Origin: an uncultured delta proteobacterium
Lineage (GTDB): Bacteria; Desulfobacterota; BSN033; UBA1163
Direction: 5' to 3'
NCBI GenBank assembly: GCA_963820625.1
Contig: CAWGAV010000020.1
Location: 138 to 64,137, forward strand
DNA: 64,000 bases
In this document: positions 1 through 8,064 of the stretch, in pieces
How positions within the stretch are numbered: the stretch's first letter is position 1
Layout of the letters: every line of letters starts with the position of its first letter
Notes under the pieces: model-generated
Told to the model about the DNA's origin: nothing
Seen by the model: only the letters and a program-made list of their open reading frames with translations
Databases searched by the model: none
Made by a program: the position numbers and the translations under genes

Positions 1-389
1 CCCTTTTCATGGACCCCTGTCCGTTTGCAACGGCACTCTTCGATTGCCAATTTTAAAGCATCTGTGGCTAGAGTGAAGCAGGGGACTTTTTCTTTGGGTA
101 GTTGGGCGAGGACTTCTTTGGATGTTTCCTCCGAAATCTTCAGGGCCTCATCCAGCGAGGCCCCTTTGATTCGCTCTGTCAAAATAGAACTGGTGGCAAT
201 GGCAGCGCCGCAGCCAAAGGTCTTAAATTTTGCCTCAATAATCTTATCGCCATTGACTTTGATGAACATCTGCATGATGTCCCCGCAAGAGGCATTCCCT
301 ACTGTGCCGACGCCATCCGGATCAGAAATCTCCCCCACATTTCTTGGATTTTGAAAATGTTCCATTAAAAATTTTGGATATTTTGCCAT
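1..389 (-). CDS. iscU: IscU/NifU-type Fe-S cluster scaffold protein (partial; 3' end beyond window start)
   Basis: Absent from the ORF track because it is open at the window edge. My translation from ATG at 389: MAKYPKFLMEHFQNPRNVGEISDPDGVGTVGNASCGDIMQMFIKVNGDKIIEAKFKTFGCGAAIATSSILTE...LPKEKVPCFTLATDALKLAI. This is the typical IscU pattern (NPRNVG, CGD, FGCG). Confidence 0.8.
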   Translation of the reverse strand, partial: MAKYPKFLMEHFQNPRNVGEISDPDGVGTVGNASCGDIMQMFIKVNGDKIIEAKFKTFGCGAAIATSSILTERIKGASLDEALKISEETSKEVLAQLPKEKVPCFTLATDALKLAIEECRCKRTGVHEK

Positions 390-399
390 GTTTCAAACC

Positions 400-1065
400 T
401 CAACGAGGCCGATTCCTTTCCTCTTGATTTTCCAATCGTTTGATTCTTTCCTCTAATTTACTGTGGAGTTGAAGAAGCATCTTCATGATATCAGATAATG
501 GGTCCGGAAGATTTCCATGTTCGAAATCAAGGTCTTCCTTTTCTGGAGTCAGGGATTCTACGATGCGACCCGGGACGCCCACGACTGTCGCACCCGCTGG
601 GACCGGTTTGACTACCACAGAACCGGAACCAATTCTTGCCCCATCGCCAAGGGTGATGGCTCCTAAGATAGTGGAATTGGAGCCAATGATCACACGGTTA
701 CCCAAAGTAGGATGGCGTTTCTTCTTTTCAAGCGTGGTACCGCCCAGGACAACGCCTTTGTAAATCAGGCAGTCGTCACCAATCTCAGTGGTCTCTCCGA
801 TCACCACACCCATTCCATGGTCAATGAAAAGTCGCCTGCCGATTTTTGCACCGGGGTGGATCTCAATTCCTGTGAACCCACGGCTAAAGTGTGAAACCAG
901 ACGGGCAGTCGTAAACCATCTCCTTTGATAGAGGGCATGGGCAATACGGTGGAGCCAGATCGCATGGAGACCTGGATAGCAAAGAAAAATCTCCACAACG
1001 TTTTTCGCTGCGGGATCTCTCTCTTTAATGGTTCGGATATCTTCCTTAAAGCGCTCCCACATCAC
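400..1065 (-). CDS. cysE: serine O-acetyltransferase
   Basis: 221 aa. N-terminal SATase helix region (DPAAKNVVEIFLCYPGLHAIWLHRIAH) plus hexapeptide-repeat left-handed beta-helix (GIEIHPGAKIGRRLFIDHGMGVVIGETTEIGDDCLIYKGVVLGG). Confidence 0.9.
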   Translation of the reverse strand: MMWERFKEDIRTIKERDPAAKNVVEIFLCYPGLHAIWLHRIAHALYQRRWFTTARLVSHFSRGFTGIEIHPGAKIGRRLFIDHGMGVVIGETTEIGDDCLIYKGVVLGGTTLEKKKRHPTLGNRVIIGSNSTILGAITLGDGARIGSGSVVVKPVPAGATVVGVPGRIVESLTPEKEDLDFEHGNLPDPLSDIMKMLLQLHSKLEERIKRLENQEERNRPR

Positions 1066-1208
1066 TTCGTCCTGCTTTCACTAAAAAACAATTTTAACTC
1101 AAAGTTTGAACGAAATACAATGGCGAAGGCAACAAATTTTTCATGTTTTAGACTCCTTTAATAGAATCACAAAGTAATAAAAATTTAAGATTGATCCTAA
1201 AAATCCGC

Positions 1209-1237
1209 TTGACAACTAAACAAATGTATAGTATCTA
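1209..1237 (+). promoter_or_regulatory. sigma70-like promoter of lexA-1 (TTGACA-17 nt-TATCTA), with candidate LexA operator CTAAACAAATGTATAG (1216-1231) in the spacer
   Basis: Hexamers read directly. The 16-nt imperfect palindrome shares the core ACAAATGTA with the palindrome at the lexA-2 promoter. Confidence 0.4.
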
Positions 1238-1401
1238 TTGACATAGGAAATGGTCTGAGGTGAATGGGTGAGGAAGCCGGTTTGGTATCACTGTCAAGAG
1301 GTTAAGGCAACTTTAAAGACCAAATAACATAACCCATTTGACGAAACTGGCATCCTTACCTTTACCATAAGGCTGAAGACCTGGTAATTCAGGCCCAGGA
1401 G

Positions 1402-2073
1402 GTGACTATGGAACTGACATCCCGGCAGAAAGAGATCTTCAACTTCATCAAGGTATTTATCAAAGAGAGAGGTTATCCTCCTTCTGTAAGGGAGATCGGC
1501 GAGCACTTCAATATCTATCCCCGGGCAGCCTTCGACCACCTTAAGGCATTGGAGAAAAAAGGTTATTTGAAGCGGAGGGGTTCGATGTCCAGAGGTCTCG
1601 AGATCCTCGTCTTTCAAGGGTATGAATCGCATGGTTCATACCAGCGGGCCGGACCATATGGGGAACATCTAAAGAAAGAGGGGAGGCTATTGATCCGAGA
1701 GATTCCAGTCTTAGGTAGGGTGGCAGCAGGAAAACCCACCTTAGCTGTGGAACATGTGGAAGGGACGATTCCGCTTCCTACGGAATGGGTGAAAGGGAAA
1801 GAGGTCTTCCTTCTGAAGGTGAAGGGCGACAGTATGTCACCTTATATCCTTCCTGATGACTATGTCATCGTTCGGTCTCAACCCTCGGCAGAGAATGGGG
1901 ATGTGGTGGTGACCCTGGTGGGTGAAGAGGCAACGGTGAAACGGTTTTTCAAAAAGGGGAGGAGAATCGAATTGAAACCAGACAACGAGCGCTGGGAGAC
2001 GATTCAGATTGAGGAGGGGGCAGGAGAAGTTCAAATCCTTGGAAAAGTGATCGGGGTGTTTAGGAAAATTTAA
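1402..2073 (+). CDS. lexA: LexA repressor (paralog 1)
   Basis: N-terminal winged HTH (GYPPSVREIGEHF), Ala-Gly cleavage site (RVAAGKP), and S24 peptidase Ser/Lys (KGDSM ... VKRF). Confidence 0.9.
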   Translation: MTMELTSRQKEIFNFIKVFIKERGYPPSVREIGEHFNIYPRAAFDHLKALEKKGYLKRRGSMSRGLEILVFQGYESHGSYQRAGPYGEHLKKEGRLLIREIPVLGRVAAGKPTLAVEHVEGTIPLPTEWVKGKEVFLLKVKGDSMSPYILPDDYVIVRSQPSAENGDVVVTLVGEEATVKRFFKKGRRIELKPDNERWETIQIEEGAGEVQILGKVIGVFRKI

Positions 2074-2300
2074 ATAATAGTTCGGAGTAATGAGTTCGGA
2101 GTTCGGAGACAATAAGTTCGGGGTGATTACGTAGAAAATAAATTTCTTATCTCTCCATCCTTCATATTGATTCTATCATTCCCGTGCAAACGGGAATCCA
2201 GGCAAAGGATTACAAGGATATGGATTCCTGCTTTTGCAGGAATGACAAAGAGAGCGAGGTAACACTCCGAACTCCCAACTCCCAACTCCGAACTCAAAGC
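2074..2300. repeat. composite intergenic palindrome: GTTCGGAG-type tandem arm (2074-2125), inner REP element, complementary CTCCGAAC-type arm (2262-2300)
   Basis: Left arm is ttcggagtaatgagttcggagttcggag. Right arm is ctccgaactcccaactcccaactccgaactc. ORF 2127..2360(-) is only a translation of this repeat (VIPAKAGIH...). Confidence 0.7.
2176..2247 (+). repeat. REP-like double-hairpin element, copy 1 (cattcccgtgcaaacgggaat ... attcctgcttttgcaggaat)
   Basis: Two adjacent 7-8 bp stem hairpins. Near-identical copy at 2994-3068. Confidence 0.75.
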
Positions 2301-2308
2301 TAAAGACG

Positions 2309-3007
2309 ATGCATTACCCCATAAAACACTCATTCGATGAAATTTTGCTGCAACTGACACAGGTCGGTCTACCTGCTCAACCTATCTCTCTGAGAAAAGT
2401 TCTTTTTTGGGGAGAGAGGGCAGGAGAAATTTCGTCCTATGTGGCGGGATGGTTGGCAGCCAAAGGGATAGAGGTCATCGTATTGGATGGGGCCAATCGT
2501 TTCGATCCTTACATGGTCTCATCTTTCGCAAGAAAGGCATTGATCCCTCCAGAAAGACTTCTCAAAAGAATTCGAATCGCAAGGGCCTTCACTTGCTATC
2601 AGATGGCCATCATGGTCGGGGAGAAATTACACTCCTTGCTCAGTCAGGAGGGAGCGACCCGCCAATCGGAAAACCGATGGGTCATCCTTTTAGGACCGGT
2701 CACCCCGTTTATGGACGAGGATGTATCGGAAAGAGAGGTTCGACCTCTCTTCGAAAGATCTCTGAAAAAGATAGAAGAGATGGTTTTAGGGGGAATTCCT
2801 TTTCTTCTATTCCAACCTTCTGGCTCCTCTGACTCAAAGCGAGCCTATCTTACGAGAAGGCTCTTCCAGTTTTCTAATCTGATCTGGAGGATATCTCTGG
2901 AGGACCAGGAACCACGAGTTGTTCTGGAGAAGGGATTAACAAAATCGCAGATTGCAGATAGCAGATTGAAAAATCCCTGCCTTGACGATTCTGTCATTCC
3001 CGTGTAA
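2309..3007 (+). CDS. ImuA-like / degenerate RecA-fold protein (putative)
   Basis: 232 aa. Alternating strand/helix pattern with a degenerate Walker-A position (WGERAGEISSY) and a Walker-B-like IEVIVLDGANRFDP. Lies between lexA and polB. The last residues (DDSVIPV) come from a REP element. Confidence 0.45.
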   Translation: MHYPIKHSFDEILLQLTQVGLPAQPISLRKVLFWGERAGEISSYVAGWLAAKGIEVIVLDGANRFDPYMVSSFARKALIPPERLLKRIRIARAFTCYQMAIMVGEKLHSLLSQEGATRQSENRWVILLGPVTPFMDEDVSEREVRPLFERSLKKIEEMVLGGIPFLLFQPSGSSDSKRAYLTRRLFQFSNLIWRISLEDQEPRVVLEKGLTKSQIADSRLKNPCLDDSVIPV

Positions 3008-3068
3008 ATGGGAATCTAGATATGAATATTATAAAAAAATATGGATTCCTGCTTCTGCAGGAATGACA
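2994..3068 (+). repeat. REP-like double-hairpin element, copy 2
   Basis: tcattcccgtgtaaatgggaat...ggattcctgcttctgcaggaatgaca. Same family as 2176-2247 and overlaps the stop codon of the preceding ORF. Confidence 0.75.
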
Positions 3069-3178
3069 GAAGAGGCAGGATAAAGAGATCTCGTCGGTAG
3101 TAAATCCGACATTACATTTCTGTCGGAAGATAGAAAAATTTTGCAATTTTCAATTTAAAATTTGCATTTTGCATTGGA

Positions 3179-3445
3179 GTGCCAATGGGAAGAACGGTTC
3201 TTCCTTTTAGCAGGGTTCTGGAACAGGAAGTCCAGGAGTGGAGGAAGTTTCGGAGAGGCCTGAGAAAAGAAGATCAGCAGTTTCTCGACCGGCTCTTTGA
3301 AGAGGCAAGACTTCATGTGCAAGCTGGAGTCTATGCTTCAAGACCCTGGCCTTTTGAGACGATTCTGATCTCTATTCTTCTCGAGCACGAGAAGACTTTG
3401 GTCGATTTGAGATCGAAACTGAGGATATTAGAGGAGAAGGAGTAG
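3179..3445 (+). CDS. hypothetical 88-aa protein in the lexA-polB cassette
   Basis: ORF only, same strand and between cassette genes. No motif recognised. Confidence 0.45.
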   Translation: MPMGRTVLPFSRVLEQEVQEWRKFRRGLRKEDQQFLDRLFEEARLHVQAGVYASRPWPFETILISILLEHEKTLVDLRSKLRILEEKE

Positions 3446-3468
3446 CCGTACCAATTGATACCCTTCTT

Positions 3469-3543
3469 GTCATTCTGAGCGATAGCGAAGAATCTATTGA
3501 CCTCCTGTGAGATTCTTCGTCGCCTATTGCTCCTCAGAATGAC
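3469..3543. repeat. REP-like inverted repeat (gtcattctgagcgatagcgaagaatc ... gattcttcg...cctcagaatgac)
   Basis: Arms read directly. A half copy lies at about 59222-59255. It inflates the 5' end of tracked ORF 3497..5836. Confidence 0.7.
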
Positions 3544-3580
3544 AGTGGGGAGAATCGCTCAATTTAACGGGGAAAAACCC

Positions 3581-5836
3581 ATGGAGATCAGAGGACAGCT
3601 CTTTGATCTTTATCCTCTGGAGTCTTCGATGATCCTGTGGATCAAGGAAGAGGATGGAAGGCTTCGCCGATTCGAAGATCTTTTCAGGCCTCGATTCTAT
3701 ACGCGGGGGAAAAAAAGTGATCTTTTCGATCTCTTCCACTCTCTTCAGAAAGGGCGGCGGGCAGCAGGATACCAGTGGACCAGAAAGAAGGAGCTCTGGA
3801 GTGGCGATGAAGTGGAAGTGATGGAGATCGAGGTTGTAGATTCGGAGCATTATGCCCAACTTCCCCGAATTCTCCCCCAATGGGAGGAGAAGATTACCTT
3901 TTACAATTGCGACATTCCTTTGCCACAGACCTATCTTTATGAAAGAAAAATCTTTCCGACAGGCCGATGCATTGTCGAGGTTGAAGGAAATCGGATCTTT
4001 GAAATTCATCCTGATCCATCCGAGTCTGTGTGGATGAACGATGGAGACATTCCCGACCTCCGGGTCATGGAACTTCACACCAATGGTAACTCTGTGCTTC
4101 TTGGTAGACAGACCCTGAACCGCTCTGGTTCAGGGCTCATACTGAAGTGCGAAGGGTATGGGGTGGAGATGGAGACGATCGATGTTGGAGAAATTGAGAA
4201 GTTTCTCAAACGTTTCGATCCTGATGTGATCCTGAGCGATGATGGGGATGCCTCTCTTTTACCCCTTCTCTTTTCGGCAGAGAAGAGATGGAAGACTTCC
4301 ATCTCCTGGGATCGGGAGCCTTACCCTGTGAAAAGGCAGGTTCATCCGAAAGGTTTTTCTTACTTCTCCTATGGCAGGACCTACTATCGGGCCCCTGCCC
4401 ATATTTTTCTGGGAAGATGGCACATCGATCGTAGAAACTCCTTCATCTATGGAGAATCGGGAATGGAAGGAGTGATCGAACTGGCACGATTGGCTAAAAT
4501 TCCAGTTCAACGGATGGCTCGGACTTCACCAGGAACAGCGATCACCTCGATGCAACTCGACCGGGCCTTTCAGGATGATATCCTCATCCCCTGGAGAAAG
4601 GGGGAACCGGAACGATTCAAGACGGCGTGGGATCTGCTCATTGCGGACAAGGGAGGTCTTGTCTTCCAACCTAAGCTGGGGATCTTTGAAGATGTAGCAG
4701 AGATTGATTTTGCCTCGATGTATCCTACCATGATGGCGATTCACAATATCTCTCCGGAGACCGTACTTTGTGGATGTTGTGAGAACCATAGGGTTCCGGA
4801 GGCTGGTTATACAATCTGTGAAAGACGAAAGGGAATCGTACCTAGAACCCTTAGTCCTATCTTAACGAGAAGAACTTGGCTCAAGAAAATGGCCAAGGAA
4901 GGAGATCCAGATAGAAGAGAAATCTGCAACCGGAAACAGACGGCACTCAAATGGATGCTCGTTACATCCTTTGGATATTTAGGTTATCGGAATGCTCGCT
5001 TTGGAAGAATCGAAGCCCATGAAGCGGTCACTGCCTTTGGGAGGGAAAGCCTCCTTCAAGCCAAGGAGATCTGTGAGGCGGAAGGGTTCGAACTTCTCCA
5101 TGCCATTACCGATTCCCTCTGGATTCGCAAGAAAGGATTCAGAGAGGAAGAGGTTCTTAATCTCTGCGAGAAGATCAGCAAGGCCACAGGGATCACGATG
5201 AGTCTGGAGGGAATTTATCGATGGATGGCTTTTCTCCCCTCAAAAGGGAACCCAGAAAGCCCGGTGGCCAACCGTTATTTCGGACTCTTCCAAAACGGAA
5301 AGATTAAAGCGAGGGGGTTATCCTTTCGGCGAGGCGATATGCCTCCTTTGATTCAAGAGGCTCAGGTTCGAATGATAGGGGTTTTGACAGGGACAAAGAA
5401 TATGGAGGATTTCCGGTCGAAGATCCCTGAGATTTTAGACCTTCTCCTCGAATATAGCCTGAAGTTGAAGGACGGCCAGACGAGGCAAGAGGATTTGGCT
5501 ATCGGGAAGAGAATTTCTCGGGAGCCTAATGCCTATAAAGTGGATAGCCTCACTGCTCTCGCCGCCCAACAGTTGGAAGATGTTGGAATCGAGATCCATC
5601 CCGGAGAGAAGGTTCGGTATGTGATCAAGGATGCCGAATCCAGGGATAAGGCGGAGCGAGTCAGGCCTTTCCCTTTAGTGGGGCCGGATGACACCTACGA
5701 TGTCAAAAAATATCTGGAGATGCTCGTGAAAGCAACCGAGGAGATATTGATCCATGTTGGCTATGATGCAAAACGCCTGTACCCCTTACTCTCCCTCTCC
5801 CCTGAGCGGGAGAGAGGAAGGGTGAGGGAAACTTGA
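3581..5836 (+). CDS. polB: family-B DNA polymerase, archaeal-PolB-like, exonuclease motifs degenerate
   Basis: Motif A is DFASMYPTMMAIHNISPET, motif B is KWMLVTSFGYLGYRNARFG, motif C is LLHAITDSL, and the KxY-like motif is ANRYFGL. Exo I position reads VMELHT (no DxE). Exo II reads DDGDASLL (no NxxxFD). Start moved to ATG 3581 (MEIRGQLFDL) because 3497-3580 is a REP element. The C-terminal tail (LSPERERGRVRET) is REP-derived. Confidence 0.85.
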   Translation: MEIRGQLFDLYPLESSMILWIKEEDGRLRRFEDLFRPRFYTRGKKSDLFDLFHSLQKGRRAAGYQWTRKKELWSGDEVEVMEIEVVDSEHYAQLPRILPQWEEKITFYNCDIPLPQTYLYERKIFPTGRCIVEVEGNRIFEIHPDPSESVWMNDGDIPDLRVMELHTNGNSVLLGRQTLNRSGSGLILKCEGYGVEMETIDVGEIEKFLKRFDPDVILSDDGDASLLPLLFSAEKRWKTSISWDREPYPVKRQVHPKGFSYFSYGRTYYRAPAHIFLGRWHIDRRNSFIYGESGMEGVIELARLAKIPVQRMARTSPGTAITSMQLDRAFQDDILIPWRKGEPERFKTAWDLLIADKGGLVFQPKLGIFEDVAEIDFASMYPTMMAIHNISPETVLCGCCENHRVPEAGYTICERRKGIVPRTLSPILTRRTWLKKMAKEGDPDRREICNRKQTALKWMLVTSFGYLGYRNARFGRIEAHEAVTAFGRESLLQAKEICEAEGFELLHAITDSLWIRKKGFREEEVLNLCEKISKATGITMSLEGIYRWMAFLPSKGNPESPVANRYFGLFQNGKIKARGLSFRRGDMPPLIQEAQVRMIGVLTGTKNMEDFRSKIPEILDLLLEYSLKLKDGQTRQEDLAIGKRISREPNAYKVDSLTALAAQQLEDVGIEIHPGEKVRYVIKDAESRDKAERVRPFPLVGPDDTYDVKKYLEMLVKATEEILIHVGYDAKRLYPLLSLSPERERGRVRET

Positions 5837-6024
5837 AGAATTAAATAGAAAAAGTAGATAAAGTTACCCCTTGTATAGTTAAGTTACTGGAGAATGATTG
5901 AAATCAGATGAATCTGGGTTGAAGATCTGAAGTTTAGCGATAACGCATCAAGTGTGTTATATTGATTCAAACCAATTTGTTTGTCAGAGATTCTGAGCCA
6001 ATCAAATTCTTAGGGGAGGAACCC

Positions 6025-6330
6025 ATGTTTGAGGTTTCGGAAAAGGCGACTGAGATGATCAAGGAGTCCTTCATAGATCAGGAGAAAATCCCATCCATCC
6101 GTGTGGCATTCAACGAGGGTGGCTGAATGGGGCCATCATTGGGCCTGGTTCAGGATGAACCGAGTGAAGATGACGAAGTTTTTACACAAGAAGGTGTCAC
6201 TTATCTTGTTAACAAAGACTTGTCTGAGCAGGTAAAGCCCATTAAGGTGGATTTTATCGATACGCCCAGAGGAGGCGGATTTTTCATTTTCTCCAATCTA
6301 GGGAAAGAATCCGGATCCTGTTGTTGCTAA
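6025..6330 (+). CDS. HesB/IscA-like protein with in-frame UGA (probable selenoprotein)
   Basis: ATG 6025 is preceded by GGAGG. Translation: MFEVSEKATEMIKESF..IRVAFNEGG-[TGA 6124-6126]-MGPSLGLVQDEP...GSCCC. The UGA sits where HesB/IscA proteins have the GGC(S)G cysteine. Tracked ORF 6127..6330 is in the same frame. Hairpin at 6146-6162. Confidence 0.7.
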
Positions 6331-6456
6331 AATGAGGGAGGGGAGAGAGCTTCAAGTTTCAAACGAAAAATTCTTTTCAAAAAGGTACAGCAGCCAAAAA
6401 AAATAGAACAATTTGATCTGCCTGCATCTATCCCCATCATGGAAGTGATCGCAACG

Positions 6457-7455
6457 CTACAACCTCACCAGATTGGCGCCATAAGTCAGGCCAGCTCCGA
6501 AACCGACAAGAATCACAAGATCCCCCGTCTGGAGCTTCCCTTCTCGAAAGGACTCATCAAGAGCGAGGGGAATGGAAGCTGTGGAGTTGTTCCCATACTT
6601 TTCAATCGTAACGATCATCTTATTTTTGACTGCCCCATCGGGAAGTTCGAGTCTGGATTCGAGATCCTCTGCAGCGCTTTTGATGATCCTTGCATTGGCC
6701 TGGTGGGGAATGATTTTTTTAACCTGATTGAGCAAGGCACAAAGCTCTTTTCTGCTGGCCGTCCCATCAGGATCAAGGACCCGCAGGCAGCTTTCCGCCA
6801 TAGCGCCTTTGGCGAAAGCGTAGACCTTTTTACCCTTCATCCACATGAATCGATTGCCATTGTCTTCATTCTTGCGAAGCACAATGGTATCCCGCGATTT
6901 GTATTCACCACCGAGATGGGATCGGATGATCCCTTCTTTAGCCCTCCGCTGTAATATCACGGCTCCTGCTCCGTCTCCAAAGAGGACGCACGTGTTTCTA
7001 TCCTTATAATTGGTGATAGCCGAAAGCTTGTCCGATCCGACCACAGCAACTGTTTTATGTTGCCCTGATTTTACAAATTGTTCTGCTACGGCCAGAGAAT
7101 AATTGAAACCGGTACACCCTGCCTGCAGATCAAAGAAAGGTATGTTTTTATGGAGATTGAGGAGATATGCGATGTGGCCCGCAGCAGAGGGCCACATCGG
7201 ATCAGTGGTATTGGTACCAACCACGAGCATCTCAATTTCTGTAGGGTCGATACGTGCATTTTCAATAGCCCTTTCAAGGGCAAGTCGGCCCATGGTGACG
7301 TTGGTTTCTCCTTCCGCTGCAATCCTTCGCTCACGGATGCCTGTCCTTTCCAAAATCCATTTGTCACTGGTCTCCACCATCTTTTCCAGATCGTGGTTTG
7401 TAAGGACCCTTTCTGGAACATAAGACCCCGTTCCAATAATTCCAACGTGATGCAT
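6457..7455 (-). CDS. fabH: 3-oxoacyl-ACP synthase III (KAS III)
   Basis: GTGSYVPERVLTNHDLEKMVETSDKWILERTGIRERR, active-site AGCTGF, and PHQANARII...YGNNSTASIPLALDE. Confidence 0.85.
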   Translation of the reverse strand: MHHVGIIGTGSYVPERVLTNHDLEKMVETSDKWILERTGIRERRIAAEGETNVTMGRLALERAIENARIDPTEIEMLVVGTNTTDPMWPSAAGHIAYLLNLHKNIPFFDLQAGCTGFNYSLAVAEQFVKSGQHKTVAVVGSDKLSAITNYKDRNTCVLFGDGAGAVILQRRAKEGIIRSHLGGEYKSRDTIVLRKNEDNGNRFMWMKGKKVYAFAKGAMAESCLRVLDPDGTASRKELCALLNQVKKIIPHQANARIIKSAAEDLESRLELPDGAVKNKMIVTIEKYGNNSTASIPLALDESFREGKLQTGDLVILVGFGAGLTYGANLVRL

Positions 7456-7617
7456 ACAAAGCCCCTTTCGGAGTTTTTATGATTAAGGGTAACCTTTTCT
7501 CCAATTTATGGCAATTAAAAAAATAGGGACACTTCCCTTTTTTCTAAAGTCACAATAAAGAGAAGCTATTTCCTAAAGAGAGGAATGAAAAGGTTATCTA
7601 CTTTTAATTAAGTGAAT

Positions 7618-7663
7618 CCCCCAATAGAAAAAGAGCGGTTTTCCTCTCGTTTTCTATTGGGGG
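7618..7663 (-). terminator. 14-bp stem hairpin (CCCCCAATAGAAAA ... TTTTCTATTGGGGG) downstream of 7672..7953
   Basis: Perfect inverted repeat read directly. It has no clean U-tract. Confidence 0.45.
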
Positions 7664-7671
7664 ATGTGTCC

Positions 7672-7953
7672 CTATTTTTTAATATCGTCCTTTATGGATA
7701 AGGCCTTTTCCCTTTTAAGCGCCTCTTTCAATATATATCTGATCGAAGTCAGATGAATCGTTCGATCGATATCGTTTAATTTGGAGGTATAAATCCATCG
7801 GCCCTTATTTAAAGCCTCTTTCACCCTCTCCTGGGTTTCATAGATCACACGGTTGGTGATGACAGAATTCACGATAAATCCTATGATGACCCCCGTGGAG
7901 AGAGAGATCAGTACAAAAATGAGGGCCAGCCATTTTTGTGCAGGTGTTTTCAT
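7672..7953 (-). CDS. small membrane-anchored hypothetical protein
   Basis: 93 aa with one N-terminal TM segment (WLALIFVLISLSTGVIIGFIV). Confidence 0.4.
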   Translation of the reverse strand: MKTPAQKWLALIFVLISLSTGVIIGFIVNSVITNRVIYETQERVKEALNKGRWIYTSKLNDIDRTIHLTSIRYILKEALKREKALSIKDDIKK

Positions 7954-8064
7954 AAAGCAACTTTGTAACAGATGAGAATTAAAAAGTAAAGGGGTGGGGA
8001 GTCTTTTTGTGGTATCTTATGAATAGAATAAAGAAAAGACTTGACGGAATTTTGATCTGAGGTT

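Noticed and set aside
2127-2360. 77-aa ORF containing VIPAKAGIH...SRLHGNDR
   Set aside because: It is a translation of the REP-like double-hairpin element plus the tandem CTCCGAAC arm. The same peptide motif arises wherever this repeat family occurs.
3581-5836. PolB as the hallmark of a casposon, pipolin or other self-replicating mobile element
   Set aside because: No Cas1, tyrosine recombinase, terminal inverted repeats or tRNA target are nearby. The gene sits in a lexA-headed operon among housekeeping genes. The polymerase has a KxY-like NRY segment and overall archaeal replicative-PolB-like motifs rather than features I associate with primer-independent PolBs.
6439-6954. 171-aa + strand ORF, plus similar long antisense ORFs inside polB, the amylase gene, lptD, ugd and others
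   Set aside because: They lie fully inside, and antisense to, genes with strong family signatures. They have no motifs or start context of their own.
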